Source: an uncultured Bacteroidota bacterium (lineage in GTDB: Bacteria; CLD3; SB21). Taken from it: a stretch of 64,000 nt of DNA. The stretch lies in contig CAZLWA010000048.1 of assembly GCA_964563165.1 (NCBI GenBank), positions 10,086-74,085 on the forward strand, written 5' to 3'. Both the position numbers and the translations under genes were made by a program. Shown here piece after piece: positions 28,844 through 37,538 of the stretch (within the stretch, counting starts at the first letter, position 1; every line of letters starts with the position of its first letter). Under the pieces are notes generated by a model, which worked only from the letters and a program-made list of their open reading frames with translations, had not been told where the DNA came from and did not search any database.

Positions 28844-29569
28844 TTATCTGGCAATTTTTACGTCGAGCCATTTTTCCAGCGTAGAGTAGATTTTTTCCTT
28901 GTCTTCTTTTGAAAAATCCTTTATTCGCGTCCGGTGCGAGCCGCCGGACTTCACCATCTTCACGGCATTCGTTTTTCCGCTGAGCTGAACCGCGCAGGCT
29001 CCCCACGTATCCGACCCTCCGTAAATAAACAGCATGTTGTTGCCTTCGGTGTTCACCCAATTCAAAATATCCGGGATGAATTTGTCGTTGAAAACAATTG
29101 GCGTATTTTTCGGCAAGAAAAACTTATTCGATGGGTGTTTGACCGAGACCAGCAGATCGCTCACGTTTTTTGTGACAAATCCATAATAACCCAGTTCGGT
29201 CATATGCTGATACATGGAAAGTTCGCCGGTTTTGATACCGTCATCCGAATAGAGCCGAAATCCGGGCTTCGCAGTCAGATATTGAAATACGGCCTGGTTC
29301 GAGGAATCTTCGGTCGGAATGGAATCGCAGCTTCCTCCGTATTGCCAAAAGTAAAAGGGAAATTCACACGCGGCGTATTCGAGTACTGCATCCGCACCGA
29401 TGGAAAATCTCACGTTTTTTGTCTTTGCATATTCTTCGATCATCGGTATGAGCACAGGACGCTTTTTCAGGATCATGCGCTGGAATGCAATGACCTTCTT
29501 ACGGCACGATTCGTCTCCGATCGTATCTAAAAAATGATCCGTACGCGGATCTTCCTGCGCCAAATTCAT
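28844..29569 (-). CDS. C-terminal portion of an S28/S37-like prolyl peptidase (alpha/beta hydrolase); possibly split from the upstream ORF
   Basis: 241 aa whose C-terminal part resembles the S28-type C-terminal region (IYGGSDTWGA). No catalytic GxSxG motif is visible. It is joined to ORF 29566..29904 by an ATGA junction. Confidence 0.45.
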   Translation of the reverse strand: MNLAQEDPRTDHFLDTIGDESCRKKVIAFQRMILKKRPVLIPMIEEYAKTKNVRFSIGADAVLEYAACEFPFYFWQYGGSCDSIPTEDSSNQAVFQYLTAKPGFRLYSDDGIKTGELSMYQHMTELGYYGFVTKNVSDLLVSVKHPSNKFFLPKNTPIVFNDKFIPDILNWVNTEGNNMLFIYGGSDTWGACAVQLSGKTNAVKMVKSGGSHRTRIKDFSKEDKEKIYSTLEKWLDVKIAR

Positions 29570-29904
29570 TGCAATTGATTCGCTTTCAGAAGACGGCTCA
29601 ATTCGGTCGGCGAATTTCTCCTGACCGAATATCCTTCCGTATTAAGCACCATAAGCCCCCCCGCGTCGCGGTGCGAAAGATAAATATATTGAAGGAATTT
29701 TTTCCCGTTCGGATCCGCATGATCGAGCGGCTGGGAAAATTTGATCTCAAACGTTTCTTTGAACAGTGAATCGGAGTCCACGATTTTCACTTCAGCGACG
29801 TCCGGCAGCGCCTTTATTCTTTCGAGAATACTCTCCTGTGAAAATACAAACCCTGCTAAACAAAGCGTAAGCAATACGGTTTTTAAAATAATTCTTTTCC
29901 TCAT
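29566..29904 (-). CDS. N-terminal portion of an S28/S37-like peptidase, with signal peptide
   Basis: MRKRIILKTVLLTLCLAGFVFSQ, then FSQPLDH…KKFLQYIYLSHRD, which resembles the S28 N-terminal FxQxLDH…FxQRY motif. Confidence 0.45.
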   Translation of the reverse strand: MRKRIILKTVLLTLCLAGFVFSQESILERIKALPDVAEVKIVDSDSLFKETFEIKFSQPLDHADPNGKKFLQYIYLSHRDAGGLMVLNTEGYSVRRNSPTELSRLLKANQLQ

Positions 29905-29906
29905 AC

Positions 29907-31160
29907 CTAAAATCTTTCCGGTTTAAGCGCCGATACATCGATGCTCGTTGGTTTATGGTGAATGATTTCCGAAACCAATTTACCGGTCACCGGCCCGAGC
30001 GTTAAGCCCAGCATGGAATGCCCGCAAGCGGCGATCAGGTTGTCAATCTTTTCAAATCTTCCGACGAACGGCAGTCCGTCCGGCGAACACGGCCTCAATC
30101 CGGCCCAGACATTCAGCCTCGGAATATTCCTGAATTGTTCCTCATCGAAATACCTGGGAATAGCTTTCAGGATCGCACTCACGCGCCGTTCACTGACGGA
30201 TAAATCCATACTGCTCAGCTCCAACGTTCCTGCAAACCGAACATGGTCCCCCATGGGCGTAACACAGGCTCTCGCTTCCGTGAGAATGAACGGGATTTTC
30301 GGCTGCCGGTCGGTTTTCGGAACCGTCACGCTGTATCCTTTCCCTGCCTGAACGGGAAGCCTGAACCCGAGATCGCTCATTATTTTCCGGGACCAGGAAC
30401 CGCCTGCCAGTACAAATTCATTTGCGCTCAGGGTGCCCTGGCGGGTTTCAAGAGACCGGATGCGGCGGCCCTCCATGTTAAACTTCACAACTTCGGTTTG
30501 CGTGAGAAAAGTAATTCCGTTTTGTTTGGAAACCTCCGCAAGGTTCTTAACAAACTGATCCGGGATGCAATGCGCATCGTTTGGAAAGAATACGCCTCCG
30601 CGTGCCGTACATTTCAGATTGGGTTCTATTTCATTTATTTGCGCGTTATTCAACACGCGCGCGTCAATCCCGATTTGCTGCGCCAGCTGTGCTTCGTGGT
30701 GGTTTTCTTTTTCACCGGTATCCGAATTGAAAACCATCAGCAATCCCCGGTGTTCAAATCCAAAATTAATTTTCTCTGCGGCGGCCATTTCTTTGAACAA
30801 CTGTAAACTATGGTAGGTCAGATCGCGAAGCACCGGTATGCCTCTTTCCATCTGTTCTTTTCGGCAGGACCTGAAATATTTCCACAACCACCAGATCAAA
30901 CCCGCATCCAGCTGAGGATGAATGTAAAAAGGGCTTTCCGGATTGAACATCCATTTCAAACCTTTTTTGATCATGCCCGGTGCCGCCAGCGGAACAAAGT
31001 GGCTTGGAGAGATCAGCCCTGCATTTCCGGCCGCGCAATCCATTCCAATATCATTTTTTTCGACAACGGCCACCCGGAGCCCGCTTTTCGAAAGATAGTA
31101 CGCGGAACAAACACCGATCACACCGCCGCCGATAATTACTACATCGAATTTTTGGTCCAT
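29907..31160 (-). CDS. FAD-dependent oxidoreductase (DadA/DAO family); predicted D-hydroxyproline dehydrogenase
   Basis: N-terminal dinucleotide-binding motif VVIIGGGVIGVCSAYYL, 417 aa, next to a Cys/Cys proline-racemase-family gene. Confidence 0.75.
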   Translation of the reverse strand: MDQKFDVVIIGGGVIGVCSAYYLSKSGLRVAVVEKNDIGMDCAAGNAGLISPSHFVPLAAPGMIKKGLKWMFNPESPFYIHPQLDAGLIWWLWKYFRSCRKEQMERGIPVLRDLTYHSLQLFKEMAAAEKINFGFEHRGLLMVFNSDTGEKENHHEAQLAQQIGIDARVLNNAQINEIEPNLKCTARGGVFFPNDAHCIPDQFVKNLAEVSKQNGITFLTQTEVVKFNMEGRRIRSLETRQGTLSANEFVLAGGSWSRKIMSDLGFRLPVQAGKGYSVTVPKTDRQPKIPFILTEARACVTPMGDHVRFAGTLELSSMDLSVSERRVSAILKAIPRYFDEEQFRNIPRLNVWAGLRPCSPDGLPFVGRFEKIDNLIAACGHSMLGLTLGPVTGKLVSEIIHHKPTSIDVSALKPERF

Positions 31161-31267
31161 AAAATTCAGAATTTTGACGCTGATATACGCTGATTATGTA
31201 TGACATTTATTTTAAAGTTCATAAAATATTTTCTGCGCCAATCATAAAGATCTTAATTAATCAGCGT

Positions 31268-32389
31268 CTAAATAACCTGAAACCCGTGGGCATACGGATC
31301 TTCGTCGTCTATGAAAATGGTATTGTGACCGGTAATATAAGCCCAGCCCTCGACACTCGGAATGATCGCTTCATAACTTCCGACCTTGGTCTGCGATTCC
31401 ACGCGCCCGCGAAACATACTGCCGATGATGCTTTCATGAATAAATGTATCCCCGACTTTCAATTTTCCTTTAGCCGCCCACTGCGCCATACGGGCGGAAG
31501 TGCCGGTGCCGCATGGAGAACGGTCTATCGCTTTATCTCCGTAAAACACTGCGTTGCGCGCATGGGCCTCAGAATTGTTCGGTTTGCCCGTCCACTCAAG
31601 ATGCGACAGCCCGCAAATCGTGGAATTTTCCGGATGAACAAATGAATATTTTTCATTCATGCGTTTTCGCACGACCGGGCTCCAGCGCAAAATATCGCCC
31701 GCGGTGATCGACTCGAGCCCCTGATAATTCTTTTGCGGGTCAACGATCGCATAATAATTTCCGCCGTAAGCTACGTCCACGGTGATCATTCCCAGATCAG
31801 GACATTCGATCTCCAACCCGCTGGAATGTAAATAGGAAGGCACATTGACAATACGAACAGATTTAACTTTACTGCCTTCCATCGTGTAATACACTTCCAC
31901 AATTCCGGCCGGGACTTCGAGCCGGAGTTTGCCCGGCGTTTTGGGCGTGACAAGTTTTTCTTCGATCATGACCGTTGCGGTTCCGATCGTGCCGTGCCCG
32001 CACATCGGCAGACAACCGCTGGTCTCGATAAAAAGGATCGCGGCATCAGAATCTTCGCGCGTTGTCGGGTACAAAATGCTTCCCGACATCATATCATGTC
32101 CGCGCGGCTCGAACATCAGCGCGGTGCGGATCCAGTCGTATTCTTTCAGGAAATGCTGACGCCGCTCGCTCATGTTTTTCCCCTCAAGCGAAGGCCCGCC
32201 GCTCGTGACAACACGAACCGGATTCCCGCACGTATGCGCGTCAATACATGAAAATGTTTTCTTTGCCATGGAAGAATATGATAAATTCTTTGGAAAGAAT
32301 CGAGAAAAAATGATCGACAGTTTTCCTTCAAAAGGGGTCGCGTTTTCGTGCCCCTTGGAAAGGGGGTTAGGCGGATTTTTAGTTTGCAC
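31268..32389 (-). CDS. Proline racemase-superfamily enzyme of the Cys/Cys type; predicted 4-hydroxyproline 2-epimerase. The true start is probably ATG at 32269 (MAKKTF…).
   Basis: Catalytic Cys in LPMCGHG and in IDRSPCGTG. The first 40 codons of the tracked ORF (MQTKNPPNPLSKG…) are translated from family-1 repeats. Confidence 0.75.
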   Translation of the reverse strand: MQTKNPPNPLSKGHENATPFEGKLSIIFSRFFPKNLSYSSMAKKTFSCIDAHTCGNPVRVVTSGGPSLEGKNMSERRQHFLKEYDWIRTALMFEPRGHDMMSGSILYPTTREDSDAAILFIETSGCLPMCGHGTIGTATVMIEEKLVTPKTPGKLRLEVPAGIVEVYYTMEGSKVKSVRIVNVPSYLHSSGLEIECPDLGMITVDVAYGGNYYAIVDPQKNYQGLESITAGDILRWSPVVRKRMNEKYSFVHPENSTICGLSHLEWTGKPNNSEAHARNAVFYGDKAIDRSPCGTGTSARMAQWAAKGKLKVGDTFIHESIIGSMFRGRVESQTKVGSYEAIIPSVEGWAYITGHNTIFIDDEDPYAHGFQVI

Positions 32390-32463
32390 GGACGGACTCT
32401 GTAAAACGTAAAATCGAGTAGGCTTTACGTTTTCTTCCCCCTTGTAAAGGGGTCAGCGGGATT
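32351..32463. repeat. Two family-1 GC-hairpin repeat copies (32351-32377 and 32437-32463) flanking a 10-bp perfect palindrome AAAACGTAAA…TTTACGTTTT
   Basis: The copies read CCCCTTGGAAAGGGGGTTAGGCGGATT and CCCCCTTGTAAAGGGGTCAGCGGGATT. Confidence 0.8.
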
Positions 32464-32658
32464 TAGTATTTTCTTTGAACAAATTCTGCCGTTAATCAAG
32501 AAATTGATTGGTTTGCGGCCTTCGATTTTCTTCCCGGATCAGTAGGAAGACAATGCCCGCACGGCCCAACAGGGAGGCGTGACCGCCGAGATCACGGTCG
32601 TAGCCCCCTTTTAAAGAGCCTGTCCCAAGTTTGTCGAGGAGGATTCGCTGGATTGAGT

Positions 32659-34104
32659 TTATTTGTACAAACGCGTTGTTACTTCAGTTGACTTTTTTAC
32701 GGTCTTCATTTTTCGTCTTATCAATATCACAACGATTACAATCAGCCCGAATACGGACGTCGCTATCCAGAGCGCGCCTCTTAAGGGCCGTTGTTTTTTC
32801 TCGGCCATCTTGGCAGAATAAATTTGATAAACATCCGGGAAGAGGGCCCCATGTTCATCGATCCATTGGCCATTAATAAGGCTTGCATTAACATCTACTG
32901 AATCCAATTCAACAAAAGCGCTGTCAGATTCGGCAGACCTCCAGCTATATTCGTGTACTTTCCCCGAATAGGTGTTCTCCTTAAGATGTCCTCTGAAAGC
33001 CTCATTTCGTTTCATCCATATGATCTTATTTGTCACAATAACGGGAATTTTGTCGCTCGCCACAAGATGACACAGTACCCGTAATTTAAATTCGTCACCC
33101 TCTTCAAAATCTCTTCGCGCAGTATCCGCAGGGTTGACTTCGACTTCATTTGCTTCGAATATCATCCAGGACGAGTCCAGCGATTGATCGGTACCTGATC
33201 CGTGAATGATGCTTTTATTCAAATAAACGTCAAATTCACTTTGATTGATCACATCCGGAATTGTATCTGAGATCAGATCCGACCGTCTCACAACAAATAT
33301 CGGTAACGTAAACCGGTTTTGCTTCACGTTTTCTAAAAGAGACATCCCCAAAGGCGATGAAAATCCTGCGTAAACTTTACGGCCCTTGGCCGGATAATTT
33401 CTGAGTATAACGTACCGATGGAATTCATGCAAGTTACTGACAACAAACTCTACGTTTCTTGGAAACTCACTGAATCTCGCGTAAACTGGCCATTCCCTTG
33501 AATTGATTTTCTTTATTACCCATGAGCCTTGTTCCTTTGTTAATCGGACTTCGTCATGGATATCGCGTACAAAAGCAGACACAAACCTCTCGTTTCCATT
33601 TGTCGTGTAATCTTTTTCAGAATACGGGAAAGGCACATCCCATAGGACGGGCTGCAATTGGGCGTCTCCCAGAACCATACTGTCGAGCGTACTCCAGTCA
33701 TAGGAAGCATCTTCTTGCTTCTTCCGTAAGTCTCGAAACTTGCTTTTGTTAATAAGAAACAGTGATTCCCTGAAATAGAGCTTTTTGTCCTCAATTATTT
33801 TAAATCCAGTCCGAAATTCATCGAAGCTCATTCGAATCTTTGTTTTGCACAACAAAAAGAAACCCGGGTAGGACTCTAAGTTGACTATCGTTGTCGATCC
33901 ACCAGATCTACGATAGCCACGCGGCGGCTCAGGTAAGACCAAGGCATCCAGCCAGCCTCCCAGCGCAAATGAAGAAGCAAGAATCAATATCACAATAATC
34001 ATTTTTTTCATAACGGTAATTCCGCGTTTGCAGTTTTTCTTCTCATCAAAATTCCAATCCCCAAGCACACCGCGCTCACGATTGTGAGCGTCGGGAACCA
34101 CCAC
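32659..34104 (-). CDS. Hypothetical exported or membrane-anchored protein (about 450 aa; the true start is probably 34011, MKKMIIVILILASS…)
   Basis: N-terminal signal/TM segment, a large soluble domain and a C-terminal TM anchor (ALWIATSVFGLIVIVVILI). With the start at 34011 it overlaps the downstream membrane-protein gene by 4 bp. Confidence 0.55.
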   Translation of the reverse strand: MVVPDAHNRERGVLGDWNFDEKKNCKRGITVMKKMIIVILILASSFALGGWLDALVLPEPPRGYRRSGGSTTIVNLESYPGFFLLCKTKIRMSFDEFRTGFKIIEDKKLYFRESLFLINKSKFRDLRKKQEDASYDWSTLDSMVLGDAQLQPVLWDVPFPYSEKDYTTNGNERFVSAFVRDIHDEVRLTKEQGSWVIKKINSREWPVYARFSEFPRNVEFVVSNLHEFHRYVILRNYPAKGRKVYAGFSSPLGMSLLENVKQNRFTLPIFVVRRSDLISDTIPDVINQSEFDVYLNKSIIHGSGTDQSLDSSWMIFEANEVEVNPADTARRDFEEGDEFKLRVLCHLVASDKIPVIVTNKIIWMKRNEAFRGHLKENTYSGKVHEYSWRSAESDSAFVELDSVDVNASLINGQWIDEHGALFPDVYQIYSAKMAEKKQRPLRGALWIATSVFGLIVIVVILIRRKMKTVKKSTEVTTRLYK

Positions 34105-35045
34105 ATTTCCCGCATCGACACTTCAAACGCGCCGGGCATTCCGCCTGCGGCAATGCCGAGCCCCAGCACAAGCCCCGAAGCGGTCGCGGGATACTTTGGC
34201 ATTAGCCGGCCCATCGCGGTCAATATAATAGGCGTCGATGCTTGTAAACATAAAATTCCTGTCAAGAAGGCGAGACGGAATTCCTGTCCGAAAAGCAGCA
34301 AAGGCGCCGACAGAATCAGCGATCCCATTCCTACGTACCGCCATGAAATTTTATCCGATAGAAATCCGCCGAGCAATTTACCGCTCGCCGCCGCGATCGC
34401 CATTTCGATCAAGAGATCCGACTCGCCCGATAATATAGCCTGAAAGGTCGTCCACACGAGCGAGCGAAATGCAATCGCCGCAAGAAGAAGGATCATCACC
34501 AGATCATGTCGTTCTAGTATCGGTTCATCCCGCTTAGAATCCGCCGACGCTTCGGGCGTTTTTACGAAAAATAAAATGGTACCTGCAATCAACAGTAAGA
34601 TCGTCAAATAGACGATCGCATTAAAGCCCTGAATTGCCAAAAGCCCGCCGATGGCAAGCCCGATCACACCCGGTGCGGCAAAGAGTCCTGCGCCCGTCTG
34701 CTTTTTTTCCGGCATCGCTATCGCCAGCGCTCCGCCGCTCACATGGAAGAGCGCGCTCGCCAGTCCCGCGCACGTCGCCGCGGCATATAAATTAACACTC
34801 GCGATCCAAAGCGCTCCCGCCATCAGGATCATAGCGCCCACCACGCTTTTGCGCGATATACTCAAAAGATCCACGGCATAACCCACCAGCGGCTGTGCGC
34901 CAAACGCGAGCGCATTATAGATCAAGAACAATTCCGCCGCATGACGCCAGTCCTGCGCCGCATAGAATCCCAGAAGCCAGCCCGCCGATCCGTCGGACAC
35001 CGCATGCGCGAGCCCGAGTAAAAGCGGAAGTCGTAATGTTTTCAT
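34008..35045 (-). CDS. Polytopic membrane protein with about 12 TM, MFS-like putative transporter
   Basis: 345 aa and roughly 12 hydrophobic helices with short loops. Confidence 0.55.
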   Translation of the reverse strand: MKTLRLPLLLGLAHAVSDGSAGWLLGFYAAQDWRHAAELFLIYNALAFGAQPLVGYAVDLLSISRKSVVGAMILMAGALWIASVNLYAAATCAGLASALFHVSGGALAIAMPEKKQTGAGLFAAPGVIGLAIGGLLAIQGFNAIVYLTILLLIAGTILFFVKTPEASADSKRDEPILERHDLVMILLLAAIAFRSLVWTTFQAILSGESDLLIEMAIAAASGKLLGGFLSDKISWRYVGMGSLILSAPLLLFGQEFRLAFLTGILCLQASTPIILTAMGRLMPKYPATASGLVLGLGIAAGGMPGAFEVSMREMWWFPTLTIVSAVCLGIGILMRRKTANAELPL

Positions 35046-35134
35046 AACGATTCCCTATTTTTTAATTTTCTTCGAATGACTGCAAAATCGATCTCATTCT
35101 TTCGTCTCCCATATTTGGAGGTACAACTGAATTG

Positions 35135-35599
35135 TCAAAAAATAAAACTCATACTTGCCGTAATTCCATTGGCAGAAAATGAGATCCAGAATGCTCTTCG
35201 CCAGGATACTTCACACAGCATCCTGATTAGAAGCCATTCGACTAAGACAACACTGACTTCAATTATAAACAGCGACGGGAGATGATGGCCTATCGTTACC
35301 GGCGCGAAGAGATCGATCAAGGACCAATACCCGTGCACCGCGAGCGGCTGCGTGAAGGTATTGACTAAAATGCAATATCCGGCATGCACCAGCGGACGGC
35401 GGTGAAGCCAGATCATCCAAATCGCATACTCCACCGCGACCGTCAATCCCCACGCGATAAGTAAGGTCATATCCACGAGTCTCCTTGTGATACGTGAATT
35501 TTCTTGGCTAAATTTTGAAATTAGAAAAAATGACGCCGGGTCTGAGTCAAGACTTTTTTCTACCTCCTTGGAAAGGGGGTTAGGGGGATTTTTGTGCAT
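35135..35599 (-). CDS. Small membrane protein (the true start is probably 35470, MTLLIAWGL…)
   Basis: A hydrophobic core. The N-terminal 43 codons of the tracked ORF (MHKNPPNPLSK…) come from a repeat and the overlapping DUF559 gene region. Confidence 0.45.
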   Translation of the reverse strand: MHKNPPNPLSKEVEKSLDSDPASFFLISKFSQENSRITRRLVDMTLLIAWGLTVAVEYAIWMIWLHRRPLVHAGYCILVNTFTQPLAVHGYWSLIDLFAPVTIGHHLPSLFIIEVSVVLVEWLLIRMLCEVSWRRAFWISFSANGITASMSFIF

Positions 35600-35979
35600 G
35601 CTTGCACAAATGCCTCGATCGCCTGCAACACGCTATCCGTCTTATTTCGAACTTCGCCTTCTGTAAATCGCAAAACAGTCAATCCCATCGCTTCCAGATC
35701 CCGCTGCCTTGAAATGTCCTTTTCATATACTTCTTTAAGTCCATGACTGTAACCGTCAACCTCGATAACAATCTTCATCGCTTTGCAATAAAAATCAACT
35801 ACATATTTCCCCAGTGGTTTTTGACGATTGAACTGCAGGCCGAAACATTTTCTGCCGCTCAGGTATCTCCAAAGCAGTGCTTCACCCAATGTCGAATTTT
35901 TTCTCAGCTTGCGTGAAACTTTTTTGAGATTCTTGTTATACGGTACGGTCTCCATCAAGATATTTGTTTGTTCGTCCAA
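35560..35979 (-). CDS. DUF559 (Vsr-like, PD-(D/E)xK) endonuclease-domain protein
   Basis: The 139-aa protein has the conserved core YVVDFYCKAMKIVIEVDGYSH…R…VLRF. Its stop lies inside a family-1 repeat, and an inverted repeat copy lies immediately upstream. Confidence 0.75.
   Translation of the reverse strand: MDEQTNILMETVPYNKNLKKVSRKLRKNSTLGEALLWRYLSGRKCFGLQFNRQKPLGKYVVDFYCKAMKIVIEVDGYSHGLKEVYEKDISRQRDLEAMGLTVLRFTEGEVRNKTDSVLQAIEAFVQACTKIPLTPFPRR
35564..35590. repeat. Family-1 repeat copy (CCTCCTTGGAAAGGGGGTTAGGGGGATT) at the 3' end of the DUF559 gene
   Basis: Read from the sequence. Confidence 0.8.
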
Positions 35980-35982
35980 GTA

Positions 35983-36010
35983 ATCCCCCTAACCCCCTTT
36001 TCAAGGGGGA
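35983..36010. repeat. Family-1 repeat copy in inverted orientation (AATCCCCCTAACCCCCTTTTCAAGGGGGA) at the 5' end of the DUF559 gene
   Basis: It is the reverse complement of the consensus CCCCCTTGAAAAGGGGGTTAGGGGGATT. Confidence 0.8.
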
Positions 36011-36014
36011 AAAG

Positions 36015-37475
36015 TCACGGCTGCATATACGTCGTCTTTACCGTTGTATAAAATTCCGCGGCGTAACGCCCCTGCTCACGGCTGCCGTAGCTGGAACCTT
36101 TTCGTCCGCCGAACGGCACGTGATAATCAATGCCCGCCGTCGGCAGATTGATCATCACCATACCTGCTTGCGCGTGCTGTTTGAAATGATGCGCCAATTT
36201 CAATGACGTCGTGCAGATTCCTGAAGTCAATCCGAACGGCGTATCGTTCGCGATTGCCAAAGCTTCGTCATAATTTTTTACGCGGATCACACTCGCGACA
36301 GGCCCGAAAATCTCTTCGCGATTAATTTTCATTTGCGCATGCGTCTCAGTGAATAGCGCAGGCGCCATATAAAATCCTTCTTTATCGCGTTTTAATCGTT
36401 CGCCGCCGAAAACTAATTTTGCATTCTCTTTTTTCCCGATCTCGATATATTCGAGATTCTTTGAAAGCTGATCCTGATCGACCACCGGCCCGATATCCGT
36501 TCCTTTTGCAAGCGCATCGTCAATTCTAAGAACTTTTAATTTTTCAACAACCGCTTTAACAAAATGATCGTGAATGCCTTCCGTTACAATTAGCCGGCTC
36601 GATGCCGTGCAGCGCTGGCCGGTCTGGAAGAAAGCGCCTTGTACCGCACAATTCACCGCGACTTCCAGATCCGCGTCATCTACGATCACCAGCGGATTTT
36701 TTCCTCCCATTTCCAATTGGACTTTTCCCATACGTTGCGCGCATTGGGCGGCAATTTTCCTTCCGACCTCGACACTGCCCGTAAAGCTTACTCCGGCAAT
36801 GTCCGCATGATTGACCATCGCCTGTCCGGCCGTTTCTCCCCGGCCCATGACCAAATTGAATATCCCTTTCGGCAAACCCGATCGGGAAATAATCTCGGCC
36901 AGCGCCCAGGCGCATCCCGGAGCAAGTTCCGCCGGTTTCAAGATCACCGCATTCCCGAACGCCAAAGCCGGTGCCGTTTTCCAGGCAGGTATCGCCATCG
37001 GAAAATTCCATGGGGTCAGGAGCCCGACCACACCGATGGGTTCGCGTACGACATCCACAATAACATTGGGACGGACGGACGGCTGATAATCGCCGGAATT
37101 GCGCAGCGCTTCGCCCGCAAAAAATTTAAAGATATTTCCCGCGCGGTTAACTTCCCCGATCCCCTCGGGCAAAGTTTTTCCTTCTTCCCGGGAAAGCAAT
37201 TTTCCTAATTCATCCTGCCGTGCCAGAATTTCCGTTCCGATAAAATCCAAAATATTGAATCGCTGCTGCGGGGTGCTCTGCGCCCAACCCGGAAATGCGG
37301 ACCGGGCGGACTTCACCGCCGTGTCGACATGCGATGCATTGCCTTCGGCATACTCGCCGACCACATCGTGAATATCCGAAGGATTGATATCCGGCTGCAC
37401 AGCCGAACCGTCAATCCATTCCCCGTTGATGAATAATTTTTTTGTTTCCATTCGAATCCCTTCATGGTTTTGCAA
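36015..37475 (-). CDS. NAD(P)-dependent aldehyde dehydrogenase; candidate alpha-ketoglutarate semialdehyde dehydrogenase
   Basis: 486-aa ALDH fold with catalytic Cys in QRCTASSR and Glu in LEMGGKNP. Confidence 0.8.
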   Translation of the reverse strand: MQNHEGIRMETKKLFINGEWIDGSAVQPDINPSDIHDVVGEYAEGNASHVDTAVKSARSAFPGWAQSTPQQRFNILDFIGTEILARQDELGKLLSREEGKTLPEGIGEVNRAGNIFKFFAGEALRNSGDYQPSVRPNVIVDVVREPIGVVGLLTPWNFPMAIPAWKTAPALAFGNAVILKPAELAPGCAWALAEIISRSGLPKGIFNLVMGRGETAGQAMVNHADIAGVSFTGSVEVGRKIAAQCAQRMGKVQLEMGGKNPLVIVDDADLEVAVNCAVQGAFFQTGQRCTASSRLIVTEGIHDHFVKAVVEKLKVLRIDDALAKGTDIGPVVDQDQLSKNLEYIEIGKKENAKLVFGGERLKRDKEGFYMAPALFTETHAQMKINREEIFGPVASVIRVKNYDEALAIANDTPFGLTSGICTTSLKLAHHFKQHAQAGMVMINLPTAGIDYHVPFGGRKGSSYGSREQGRYAAEFYTTVKTTYMQP

Positions 37476-37538
37476 CGACCACCCCGCCCTCCTCAGGTCT
37501 GGCGCAGGACACCCCTCCTTGACAGGAGGAGAATATTA

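Noticed and set aside
29566-29569. Possible UGA-Sec read-through linking the two S28-like ORFs, considered because a tRNA-Sec is present
   Set aside because: The downstream ORF is in a different frame from the TGA-terminated ORF (ATGA overlap), so simple Sec read-through cannot join them.
32270-32389. N-terminal extensions beginning MQTKNPPNPLSKG…, MHKNPPNPLSK…, MQAPAGGIKGG… and MFVRPSNPPNPLFKGE… on several ORFs
   Set aside because: The PPNPPL/FxKGG peptides are translations of family-1 repeats (AATCCCCCTAACCCCCTTT…). The true starts are the downstream ATGs at 32269, 35470 and 38435.
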